Shown here piece after piece: positions 27,401-39,444 of a DNA stretch of 64,000 nucleotides (the stretch's first letter is position 1; every line of letters starts with the position of its first letter). Location of the stretch: positions 1 to 64,000 of the forward strand of contig MQRK01246274.1 in assembly GCA_001938485.1 (NCBI GenBank), in the 5' to 3' direction. The notes under the pieces were generated by a model. The model was given only the letters and a program-made list of their open reading frames with translations. It did not search any database and had not been told where the DNA came from. The position numbers and the translations under genes were made by a program. The stretch is from Girardia tigrina (taxonomy: Eukaryota).

Positions 27401-28199
27401 TAGATTAATCTATAATATCAAATTTTTAAAAATGTTAAACTAAATATAAGTTTTGACTAGATTTATTTACTTAATAAAATAAACGTCAAGATTCTGTTAG
27501 TTTGGTTACTCTCAGTAGGATATGCTTCATAAGTATCGTCTTAAAGTGTCTCTAAAACTGAATCCTATAGGATAAAAAAGACTGATGTTTGAAAAAAGTA
27601 TTACAATAAATTTTAAGATACATGATCCGGTGTTAAATATGATCAACTCAACATTTCAACAGGTTAACACAGATTCACTTGCTAAATCAAAATTTAAGTA
27701 TTAATTAATATAAAATATCTTAAATTATTTTTTGTTTACCTTTTCGTAAAAGTATTGTACATATTTTTTACTTATTCTTAGTTCATATAAGAATTATAAA
27801 TCAATTAAAACAACCCAACATTTCCCATACTTTTTTTTCATTTATTTTTAATTACATTCTTTTCCTTATTTACAAAATGCAAAATTAGATGTATGAAAAA
27901 TAATTAGTAAAGATATATAACAATTTTATCATAAAATTTAATAATAATTTTTAAATTCATTTTTAATTAATTATTTCATTATTCGTATTTTCAAAATTAT
28001 TATTGTTATAATTATTTAATTTTGATGAAAATATGATTAAAAGTTTTCAAATATCTTTTATTAAAAATAAGATAATTATATTTCTCAAATATTAAAAAAA
28101 ATTTTTGATTTTTCAAAATCCTCATCAAAATTGAAACTTTTCACCTTAAACATATCTTTTCACCATTAGCTGGACGGTTTTAACTTGAATTATTAGTTT

Positions 28200-28648
28200 T
28201 GTGAGGGATAATTGTGAATGTTGTAAGTTTGTTGTTTGTATGCTGTTTAGATTGGTGACTCTCCTACTCAGATTGGATTGATATGTTATTGATTAATTAC
28301 TTAAATCTAATGAAATTAATTTAATGATATTAATTTTAAGTACTAATTAATTAAAGTTGGATAATTATGAATTTTAATAATATTTTCAGAAAAATGATTT
28401 TAACTTATTAAGTGTAATATATTTTAAAAATTAATGTTTATTTAAAAAATTATGTAATGACTTTTATCCAATAAAAATTCTGAGAAATTAAAATTTATTA
28501 TTAATCTTTCCCATTCATTGTTTTTTAGATTTGAATATATTAACAAAAAACTATATCAATCAAAGAAAGATGATCAATGAGAATTGTTGTGAAGAATCTG
28601 TTTGTGTTGTCAATAAATGTTTGCATTCAAATTGTGATGTTGTTAATA
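28200..28648 (+). repeat. Repeat family X, copy b
   Basis: Starts TGTGAGGGATAATTGTGAATG. GTAAGT at 28223, ttttttAG at 28528, ATG at 28570 giving MINENCCEESVCVVNKCLHSNCDVVN. Confidence 0.9.
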
Positions 28649-28840
28649 TGGTTACTATTATTCAAATTTTTTTTGAAAAAAAATTGTAAAAGCTTTTTAA
28701 GAAATTGATTATTGTAAATGTTTCGGAACGGTAGCCGGACAGTTGTCCACACGGAAATTTGCCCACAGTTGTTTTTTATGCTGAATTTTATAATTTCCGA
28801 ATTCATGAAATTGGCAAAAATATTTTCATAGAATATTTTC

Positions 28841-28965
28841 AAAAAATTCAATTTAACAAGAAAAATTGTGAATTTAATATGAAAAATTGTGAATTTAATG
28901 CGAAAAATTCTCAATTCAATATTGTAAATTCTGAATTTAATATGAAAAATTTTCAATTTAATAAT
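28841..28965. repeat. 21-bp minisatellite, about 6 units
   Basis: AAAAATTGTGAATTTAATATG-like units; they explain the periodic ORFs 28627-28956 and 28759-29106. Confidence 0.8.
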
Positions 28966-30708
28966 TTAAAAATATTAAACAAAATTTTGCGAGATCAGAA
29001 CTTTTTAGCGACGTCGTTTTTGCTCCGGGGTTTTTTTGGCGAAGCTTTTTTTTGGAAATTTAAGTTTTTATTTTTATTTAATTTTGTACTTAATTCCAAT
29101 AAATAAAAGTTTTATAATTCCTAAAAATGCCTTAACAAAATTATTTTTCTAAAATATTAAATTAGAGTCCACGAGACTCAATAATATATATTCTTAAGAT
29201 TTGTTAATTTTTTATTTTATGAGGATTTCGAATTTTTTTCTTGAATGCTTTCACTGTTTCAGGAGGGATTTGAAGTCTACGTAGGTTAGAATCAAGAAGA
29301 CACGATGATTAATGATGTATTTCCACGTGTTGAGCACAATTAAATGACATTTTAACTTGCTGAACAATCTCAGCGTGTTCATTGAACAAGTGGGTTGATC
29401 CATGTGGGCTTGCGGTCGACATCGCCGATGCCGCTACGTAGTACAAATTCTTAGCAACATTCATGAAATAAAGACAATTCATTTAACAAAATTAAGTTTT
29501 TGTTAATATCAAATTACAATGCGGAGTTACTGCTTTCTTTTCAAATTTCAACTGAATTCAAAAAAACATTCTTAAAACAAAAACAAATATTTTCCCATAT
29601 ATACAGCTAAATATATTTATATATTTGGGTTCTTGATCAAAAGACGTCATTAACACAAAACTTTATTTCTACCACAATTTGAGTTTTTTTAAAGAAATAT
29701 TTCCGAGGAACTTTTGCACTTTCTTTTTACACAGACCATTAGAAATAAGAATTGATATAAATATAAATATGGTTATTGTATTTTTTTCGAATTAAAATTC
29801 TGTACTTTTTTTAATAAAAAATTATAAAGTGCATTAAAATTTTGTCACAAAGATTTTGTTTCGCCTTTTATTATATTTCAATTTTATTGTACCTTGAAAT
29901 TTACCTGTTTCTCAATTAAATTTCCCAATTCTATACAATAGCATTTTTCATTTCGTTTTCATAATACATTTAAAAATTACTTTGGATTTAATAATATTTG
30001 AAAATAGAATTTAAAATCACAATTTCGTTTAATTTTATATTTTTTAAATTACTCCTTTTTTACATAAAAAATAAAATTATATTTCCATTAATAATTACGT
30101 TTTCCAAAATAAAATTAAAACCGCAGTTTCATTTAAGTCGATTTAATTGTTTTACAATTATATTTTGATTTCAATTAAAATTTCAAAAAAATAAGGTGAC
30201 ATTTTTAATTTACTTCGATTTAATCGTGGAAAATAAAAGAAAGTTACAAAAATATTTTAGTTTACTTTCATTTCGCAAATAAAATATTAAACTTTATATT
30301 ACTTTTGATTTTATTTCACTTAAATATTTTCATGAAATTTGAAATTAACTTTTTTACTTTATAATAAATCTTTTAATAAACGTACCGTAAAATTTATTTT
30401 ATTTCTTACATGAATTAATTTTTTACATTAAATTTCTGAAAATCTTATTTTAACATATCTATAACAATATTTTACGGAATGTAATTGTTTAATTATTAAT
30501 TTGATAAGATTGTAACTTCAAAAATTTTATGAACGCTCCCAACAATATATAAACATATACACTTATATATATACATATATATTTTAAAAAATTTTTTTAA
30601 TTATTTTTTTTTGTTTTTGGTCCGACTCCGGAATAACATCCTGCAGACCCAAAACAGTTATACTTATTATTTTGAAGAGAGAAATACGAATAGATTATAT
30701 CAAAAATA

Positions 30709-31545
30709 TTAGGTTGGTCGAAAAATAATGACGGTTTGGGGACACAAACTTCAAAGACGTGCAAATTCACAGAAACAAAAGTTTATTAACCAAAGTATGA
30801 ACCGTTCGCATCAATACATTTTTGCCAACGAGAAACAAGTTGTTTTATTCCATCAGCATAAAATGCATCGGTTCTCGAAGCCACGAATTCTTGGAAGGCA
30901 TTTTGAGCATCATTTTGGTTTTTGAANNNNNNNNNNNNNNNNNNNNNNNNNNNNNNNNNNNNNNNNNNNNNNNNNNNNNNNNNNNNNNNNNNNNNNNNNN
31001 NNNNNNNNNNNNNNNNNNNNNNNNNNNNNNNNNNNNNNNNNNNNNNNNNNNNNNNNNNNNNNNNNNNNNNNNNNNNGAGGTCTAGCGTTATCATGAAGAA
31101 GGATGGGACTTTTTCGATTGACCAATCCCGGACAAAGGGTTTTCAATTTTTTATGCATTTCATCAATTTCATGACAGTACCTCTCCGCTCTGATTTTTTC
31201 ACCTGGATTCAAGAAACTATAGTGGATGATTCCAGCATCACACCACCAAACTGTCACCATAATCTTACGGTGTGTTAGTTTCGGTTTTGGAAAGTGTTTC
31301 GGTACTTCATCTTTGTCCAACCACCGTGCAGATCGACGTCGGTTATCATACAGGATCCATTTCTCATCGCAGGTAGCAATACGATCAAGAAATGGATCGA
31401 TTTTATTGCGAAGATGATTGGCAGAACAAATTTCATAGCTTTGGTTCTTTTGATTTTCATTCAAATCATGTGGAACCCATTTATCAAGTTTCTTGATTTT
31501 TCCAAGTTGTTTTAAATGATCCAGGACTGTTGAATGACTAATTGG
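30709..31545 (-). mobile_element. 5'-truncated mariner (cecropia-like) containing an N gap
   Basis: WVPHDL, TCDEKWILYDNRRRS, LHDNARP and RWQKCIDANGSYF; TIR ta|ttaggttggtcgaaaaataatgacggttt. Confidence 0.9.
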
Positions 31546-31599
31546 TTAAGAAAGGACTAAAGGAAGAAAACATTGAAGGACACAAACAAATAAGGATAC

Positions 31600-31985
31600 C
31601 TTAATACCTTATAATACCTTATTTAAAAGGATTTAAAGAATTTAAGAAGAATATTTACAAGAATATAAATTGTGTCAAAGTTGTTTCAAAGACATTCAAA
31701 GTTCAAAGATTTCTCTCAAATAAATCGAAAATGTTTGTGAATTTTAAGCTTATCTGGAGGGACAAATCGTCATTTCAAAGCCATGATTAATGAGCATTCA
31801 CAATCGAGTAAGATTCTTGACAATTAGTTACATTGTAAAAATAGAATCTCTTCTATTTCAAAGTGTTTTTTTCCAGAAGAGCTTTGATTTACATTAAGAG
31901 AAAGTTCTGCAAATCTTTATTGATAAGACACTACAACCAATTAATTAATTCAAAATGTGCAAAGTAAAACCTTCTCAATTCTTAA
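31600..31985 (+). mobile_element. Degenerate PLE GIY-YIG fragment
   Basis: IPYLKGFKEFKKNIY..KVVSKTFKVQRFLSNKS, GGTNRHFKAMINEH and LIKTLQP parallel the 38.9-39.3-kb PLE. Confidence 0.6.
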
Positions 31986-34900
31986 AATCTTCAATTAAAA
32001 AAATATAAACGTTTTCCATTAATATCCAATTTTTAAACAATTATTAGAAACTTTTAACTCAAAAATGATTTTATTCTTTTCTAAAAGAAATATTAAATAT
32101 ACATTGATATACTCAGTTATCTTTCTGGATCCTCAAAGGTGTAATTGTGGTAAATCCTTTTTAGGCAACTTTTTAGATACATAATAAAATGTTACGTATA
32201 ATAAATAAAATAGTTTTATACGACAATCTTTACAAATCTGAATTTAATAGTAATTTAAATATATTTAATTTTTCGTAAATATTGTTCACTTTATTTTCTT
32301 TATATAGAAAGCAGGTAATATTGCATTAAATATAAATTATAATTATTCATTTATTTTTTATATTTTACAAAATATTTTTTAAAAAACTTTGGTAGTGATA
32401 TTAAAATTTCTCCCTGACATTCACTTAAATATCTTAAAACTTTAATTTCGTTTCCAAGAATGTGAATGAACTTACATGATTATATTTATTTATTTATATT
32501 TTTGATGTGGCTGCTAGTTTATTATGTTGTAATAATAGTTTATGATTCTTATAAAAATAAAAAAATTATTTATATAACATGACAAATATTATCATTGCTT
32601 AACGTAGAACCTCACAACAATATTTATTTAATTCAAATTAAAATCTTGACAACGAAAATAATAATTATATCTTAAACAAAAATTTTTAATGAAATTCAAA
32701 AATATTTGATGAAAATAAATTATAGTTTTATTAGATTACACATAAAATTACGAAAGACGAATTATATAAACATACGAACAGAATAACTGCAAAATTTCAT
32801 AAAGATAATGGTGGTCAATGGCGCATCCATGGGGTAAGCAAAGAAGATTGTTTTGGAGATATATCAAAGAGTTAGCAGAAAAATTTCAATGGAAGCAGCT
32901 AATTTTTAATCCGTCCAAGCTCATCTCATGTTTAGCGATGACCATGTTTTGTCAATGAGATCGACGCAATGATAAGTCGCACTTAGTTTACCAATATCTC
33001 ATAACACCAAATGTTAGGTACAATCCACAGGTTTCCCCACAGACACAGTGGATTTGAAGATCGGGTATTTTGTGCTGCACTCATTTTTAAATATTATTCA
33101 TACTGATCATCATTGGGCTCAAGTGAAAGTTTTTTTGTAGTTAATATCATATCAAATCAAAAGAACTTAAAGTTCTATCACAAATGTTGTTTATTTATAG
33201 CCCTGAACAAAATTCAAATCTTTTCACGGCCACAATTTTATAAAGAACCTCCAATCATTTCACAATTATAATTTCGTAAAAACTCAAATTGTTTCAAAAC
33301 GTGCGTAGAACGCGCTATGATGATAACGCACTATTTTTAGAAGTAAGTAACAATTTTCGAATTGAGTAAATTCTAGTCAACCATAAACGAATACAGGTAA
33401 CATGTTGACTGTTGAATGTTGATCACGAATCATTCGAATTTTTAAATGTTTGTTTTTCTGTCAACTCTCGTTGCTAGCGTGCTAATATTTGTAGATTTGT
33501 AACACAATACTACAATACATTTACCTTTTATCGTGGGGCTCCCAAGCATTTGCCTACTTTGACAAATGGTCAATATGGAATTGGACAGGAAGATATTTGA
33601 AATATAAATAACAATAACGAAATATAAGTAGATAGTAATGTCTAAATTTAAATTCCGAACACCAAATATAAATTGCATTGTCATCATCTAATCTGCAATT
33701 ATAAGAAGAATTGATCACTTGCTTGACCTAAAAAATTATGTTGGTTAATTTTGATTTATGACTTACATTATTTAATACAACTACTTCTGGAGTGAGGCGA
33801 AAAGCAATTTTAGAAACACACAAAAAGATAAAAGTATATAGCAATCATTTTTCAACATAACTCACATTTCTACCATGACACTCTTCTGCTAACGAGTCAC
33901 CAAATTTAAAAATTGTCGTTCAAGACATCAGAGGACACTGATCAAAAACATATAGACAGTAAACATTTCAGTTAATTTCAGCGGAACGTTTTTCTCTCGT
34001 TAGTGCATATTGAGGTATCTGAATATTCAACATTTAGTCAGTACTAAATCTGGACTATTTGACTATTGATCCCATAGATATAGCTTTATTTGTTTTCTTC
34101 TTTTGTACCTAGCGGAAATCATAATCCCGCATTAGCCAATTGTCACTGTCAAAGTCTTCAAAAACGACTTTTTTCCAAAAATACCCATTCAAATGACTCC
34201 TGGTGGTCTTCAGGAAAGAAAATTTTGCGTGGTGTTTCATCTCGAAAATTAAATTTGCCAGTAAATTCTCCCTTATTTTTTGACAATTTTTCATTCCCTT
34301 TTGCATCACTTCTGAAGCACTATACATTCAATTTGGTGGAGACTATACAGGAACTAAGACTTAAATTGGTTACTAGCGACGTTTTTAAAATTTCTTTAAA
34401 ACAGTCTTCTCTTTTATCATGCAAAAAAGATATGTATACAACTTTAAACTATCTCACACAATTTGTCGCAGTATTCAGGAATGTGGTATTGTCCAAATAT
34501 GAAGAATGTAGAGGTTGTAAGACTTTCCTTCTGTAAAACTGAGATTTGGTGACACTGCAAAACTGGACCTCTGAAATTGTGATTTAGACTTCAATTCAAA
34601 TTCTTACTGAAATATATTTACTACAGATTGATAAAGTAAAATAAAAGCAATATGTAAAACTTCTTGATAATGAAGTGCTCTAAAAGACTCTACTAAAGGT
34701 TTAAAGAATTTTAAATATAAATATTCACATAATCATTAGGAGTTGCAAAAAATATCTACTATAAAATGGCTACTGTATCTTGTTTCGTACGCAGTGATAG
34801 AGAAAACAATTGATCGATTTGTCAATGATTGATTAATGAGAATGGGATTGATCTAAACTTGTGTGCTTTGTATTAAGTTTTCATTTAAATTTTAATTAAC

Positions 34901-35025
34901 GCTTAATAGTTTCGTAAATTATTTATATTTCAATATAAACGCAAAAAAATAATGAAAATAATAAAAACGAGAATAGTAATTTCTAAAACTTGAAATTCTC
35001 AGACCCAAAAATGTTATTTTATATG

Positions 35026-35074
<49 letters not shown>

Positions 35075-35588
35075 TTTCTAATTCCCTAATTTCTCTTTCA
35101 TTTCAAAAATCTCTAATTCTTTGAATTTTCTTTTGTATTAACAAAAAGTATTTTAAGTCCATATTAAATGAAACATTTTAATCTGCAATAAAATTTTATA
35201 TTTCTAATTGAAAATGCAATTTCCATCTCTCGAGAGAATCTGTAAGTTTTACTTGATTGAATTAAAGTTTAATTAATATTCATACAAACCAATTAATGAA
35301 AACAAAAGAAATGTAATTATTTTTAAAATTTAGATCAAAATTCCCATGCTAATAATTAAAATAAAAGAATACATCCCATTAATTTATTGAAGTAATGGAT
35401 ACATTGAATCAACGAGGACCTCGAGCTTTTATTGGCAAAATGAACGATACATCTGGATCAGCGTTATTTTATCAAGATTAATAAAGGATCATATAGGGGA
35501 AATCATAGAAGTTGAATGAAGATTAAGATATAAATATTGTAATAACTTGATTTTATTACTCGACGTTAAGATTGTATAACTTGTGAGT

Positions 35589-36332
35589 GGGCCTCCCATC
35601 TCTGTAATGGTATTGAGCCTAAGGCTCTTTAGAGGGTCCACCCAAACTAAAGTCCTTAAGGGCCCCCCGATAGGCCTCCTACGGGGTCAGTGGCCTTCCG
35701 CCNNNNNNNNNNNNNNNNNNNNNNNNNNNNNNNNNNNNNNNNNNNNNNNNNNNNNNNNNNNNNNNNNNNNNNNNNNNNNNNNNNNNNNNNNNNNNNNNNN
35801 NNNNNNNNNNNNNNNNNNNNNNNNNNNNNNNNNNNNNNNNNNNNNNNNNNNNNNNNNNNNNNNNNNNNNNNNNNNNNNNNNNNNNNNNNNNNNNNNNNNN
35901 NNNNNNNNNNNNNNNNNNNNNNNNNNNNNNNNNNNNNNNNNNNNNNNNNNNNNNNNNNNNNNNNNNNNNNNNNNNNNNNNNNNNNNNNNNNNNNNNNNNN
36001 NNNNNNNNNNNNNNNNNNNNNNNNNNNNNNNNNNNNNNNNNNNNNNNNNNNNNNNNNNNNNNNNNNNNNNNNNNNNNNNNNNNNNNNNNNNNNNNNNNNN
36101 NNNNNNNNNNNNNNNNNNNNNNNNNNNNNNNNNNNNNNNNNNNNNNNNNNNNNNNNNNNNNNNNNNNNNNNNNNNNNNNNNNNNNNNNNNNNNNNNNNNN
36201 NNNNNNNNNNNNNNNNTCGATCTTTCCATCCATCTTCAGTAAGTTTTCCTGCAGAACGTCTCTTTTAAATTCACCGAAACTGTACTCGGCTCCAAAGAGC
36301 CAGTGAGCATCCACTCTGAGACATTCTACCAG
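35589..36332. mobile_element. Insertion Y (GC-rich structured end, internal N gap) flanked by a 13-bp direct repeat
   Basis: ATAACTTGTGAGT occurs at 35576-35588 and at 36333-36345; the empty-site junction is seen in the inverted copy at 36982-37004. Confidence 0.7.
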
Positions 36333-37243
36333 ATAACTTGTGAGTACAATTTCCATCACTATTAAGAACATTTAAACAAGTCTCGTTTAAATCTTTATAA
36401 CAATTACATTTAGAGTCATTACAACTTTCAGAAGGTCTTTCATCTTTTGTCATCGTTCTAATTGGTTTTCTTATTTTCAGTTTTTAATCATGATTATTCG
36501 AACAATTTTTCTATGTTATCTTTTAAAATATTTAACCTCTAAAAAATATTAATTAAAAAATATTAATTTTTACCATTTCTCAATAAATCTCAAAATAATA
36601 AAAATGACATCAAATTATTAAAAATGCATTTTTTTAGTAAAATTTTATAAGTTCATATCTTTAATTTCAGAATTAAAATTAAGTTTAATAATTTTAGTAA
36701 AATTTAAATTAAATGCATTTTTAATAATTTGATGACATTTTTATTATTTTGGGATTTATTGAGAAATGGTAAAAATTAATATTTTTTAGAGGTTAAATAT
36801 TTTAAAAAATAATTTAGAAAAATTGTTCGAATAATCATCATTAAAAACAGAAATAAGAAAACCAAATAGAAGGATGACAAACGATGAAAGACCTTCTGAG
36901 AGTCTTAATGACTCTAAATGTGATTGCAATAAAGATTTAAACGAGACTTGTTTAAATTTTCTTAATAATGATGGAAATTGTACTCACCAGTTATACAATC
37001 TTAAATAATTTGATGTCATTTTTAATTTAAATTTTACTAAAAATTATTAAACTTAATTTTAATTCTGAAATTAAAGATATGAACTTATAAAATGATTATT
37101 TTAATTATGTTCGAACTTAATAAAAAAATACCAATTTCCATCTGGTGGGAGAATCACCATTCTAAATTCAACATACTTAAATCAACATACGGCATCACTA
37201 CATTTACACATTCAAACAATTTAAAATATTCCTCACAATCACA
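36333..37243 (-). repeat. Divergent family X copy e with internal inverted duplication
   Basis: 5' TGTGATTGTGAGGAATA and the motif gtgattctcccaccagatgg; Cys-rich start MTKDERPSESCNDSKCNC. 36333-36631 is inverted to 36711-36994, and 36642-36713 is inverted to 37021-37093. Confidence 0.75.
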
Positions 37244-37904
37244 ATTGGAAAAGATATTTGTTAGAAGAGCGAAATTATCTGAACCCTTTACATATTTTTG
37301 TTGTTTCTTAATGCAGGAAGTCATCGAGGTAGTTCAGCAAATCAGCCTTTCACTTACGTTCACTCGCGATGGGAGATGTAATCAAGGATTCTTCCTGATG
37401 GTAAAACTACCATTGACGCAATTTTGACTTTCTTGAGGTGAAGTGAAGGAATAATCCAGTCATAATATTTTTGCTTACATTTTTAGATCTTTTTTAATGA
37501 TCCAGTTTTCCTATTTCGTTCTTTTCCGTAATAAGAAGCATGAAATTCACTTATTTCAGCTTAATGTTTTTTTTAATTGTTTTGGTGCTCAAGATTAAAA
37601 ATCTTCCTTAGGAATTAAAATCTGATAATTTTCGACAAAAGTACATGAAAAGAGTACGATTTTCAACTCAATTTATTGTAAAATATTTATTGTAAAACAA
37701 AGCCCCCCTCAGTGGCATTTAAGTACTTTCAAAACAGATTAGTCATTTCAATTATAAAAATTTATGATAAGAATTTCAGTATTGTAGTAACTATAATGAC
37801 ATTGTTAAACTCATTATAATAATAATCTATTTATATTTATAAAACATATTATTAAAGATAATGGGGAGTCAAAGAAACATTAAGACATTTGAAAATTTGA
37901 CTCA

Positions 37905-39317
37905 ACTCAACCAGCCAAACTTTATGCACTTCCAACAGTTCATAAAAATGGCCTTCCTTTGCGTCCCGTATTATCTATGGTTAATACATCTCAATATGAA
38001 GTAGCGAAATATCTTGATGGTAAATTAAAGCCCCTTCTAAAAAAGGATTTTAATTGTTTTGATAGTTTTGAATTTTTTGAATTTATTTCAAATTATAAGA
38101 TTAGTAACAAAAATGAAATTATGGTTTCTTTTGATGTTGTTAGTCTTTTCACCAATGTTCCTCTGGAGGAAACGTTTGATTTATGTTGCAATCTTTGGAA
38201 AGATAATGTTGGAGAACACCATCTTATCGATGAAGTTGCATTTCGTGAATTGTTATGTTTTGCCACTTCTAATATTCATTTTCTTTTTAATAATGAGTGG
38301 CATAAACAGGTTGATGGTGTTGCAATGGGTTCTCCATTAGCTCCAACGCTGGCTTCAATACTTTGGTCAAGTATTGAAGATAAGATCGATTTGTTTCCGG
38401 GTCAAAAACCTTTAGTGTATAAACGCTATGTTGATGACATTTTTCTTATTTTCGATAATCAAATTGATATAGATCCATTTTTAGGATACTTAAATTCTTT
38501 GCATCCGAATATTAAGTTTACAACAGAGAATAATGGTAAATTATCTTTCCTAGATTTACTGATTGAAAGGAAAAGAGATGTTTATGAGACTGAGATTCAC
38601 AGAAAGACAACTGATATTGGGCTATATACAACGCCAAAAAGTTTTTGTGAATCTCGATACAAATATAATATGATTAGAGGACTAATTTTTCGATCTTAGT
38701 CATTATCATCAACTTATACAAAAAGTTGTGATAGCATTTACCAATTAACTAAATTATTGAATAAAAATGGTTATTCAAAATCAATTGTAAAGAAATTGAC
38801 CAAAGAAACAATTGATATATTAATTAATAAACCGATTAAAAATGATAAAGAAGACTCAACAACTTTAAAATACGTTTTAAGCATTCCATATTCAGAGGGA
38901 TTTGGTCAATTTAAACGTTCAATTTTAAAATGCGTAAATAATGCCTTTAATTTAAAAATAATATCACAAACATATAAAATTCAAAATGTATTTTGTAATA
39001 AATCTCCAACCCCATTTGGATTATGTTCGGATGTCTTCTATAAATTTACATGTAATGGGTGTAATGCCGCATATATTGCAGAGACGTCCAGACATCTTTG
39101 TAGGAGAATCCAAGAACATGGTCGGAATGTAGATGGGAGTAATATTGCAGAACACAGAAAGGGTTGTAAGTCGAATGAAAACATAAACATAAAAGATTTT
39201 AAAATTATGTGTTCTCGTTTTGAAAACTATTGGGAGAGGGTGGCCTGTGAAGCACTTTATATCAGATCTTTAGATCCTAAGATTAATGTGCAAACGGGTC
39301 TCACGAAAACCCTATAG
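37905..39317 (+). pseudogene. PLE reverse transcriptase / GIY-YIG endonuclease
   Basis: LYALPTVHK..LRPVLS, SFDVVSLFTNVP, QVDGVAMGSPLAP, RYVDD, FLDL, then VFYKFTCNGCNAAYIAETSRHL..RIQEH. A single in-frame TAG at 38697 separates the two listed ORFs. Confidence 0.93.
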
Positions 39318-39397
39318 AGCGTGTTTAGATAACATAATAATCAATTGATGATATAATCACTGCTTGCATATATAGCAGATTTTAAATTAATTTTTTC

Positions 39398-39444
39398 TTG
39401 AGACCTGACGATGACGGTTATATCGTCGAAATTAATTGTCTTAA
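39398..39444 (+). ncRNA. Minimal hammerhead ribozyme
   Basis: ttgagac-CTGACGA-tGACGG ttata TCGTC-GAAA-ttaa-TT-gtcttaa: 7-bp stem I, palindromic stem III. Confidence 0.85.

Noticed and set aside
28627-29106. Periodic heptad ORFs or a CRISPR-like array
   Set aside because: A 21-bp tandem minisatellite with no unique spacers, in a eukaryotic context with no cas genes.
35583-36371. Long ORFs of 180-230 aa (also 59370-59732, 30786-31278, 42715, 23946, 11740)
   Set aside because: They are open only because they run through N gaps or (TA)n tracts.
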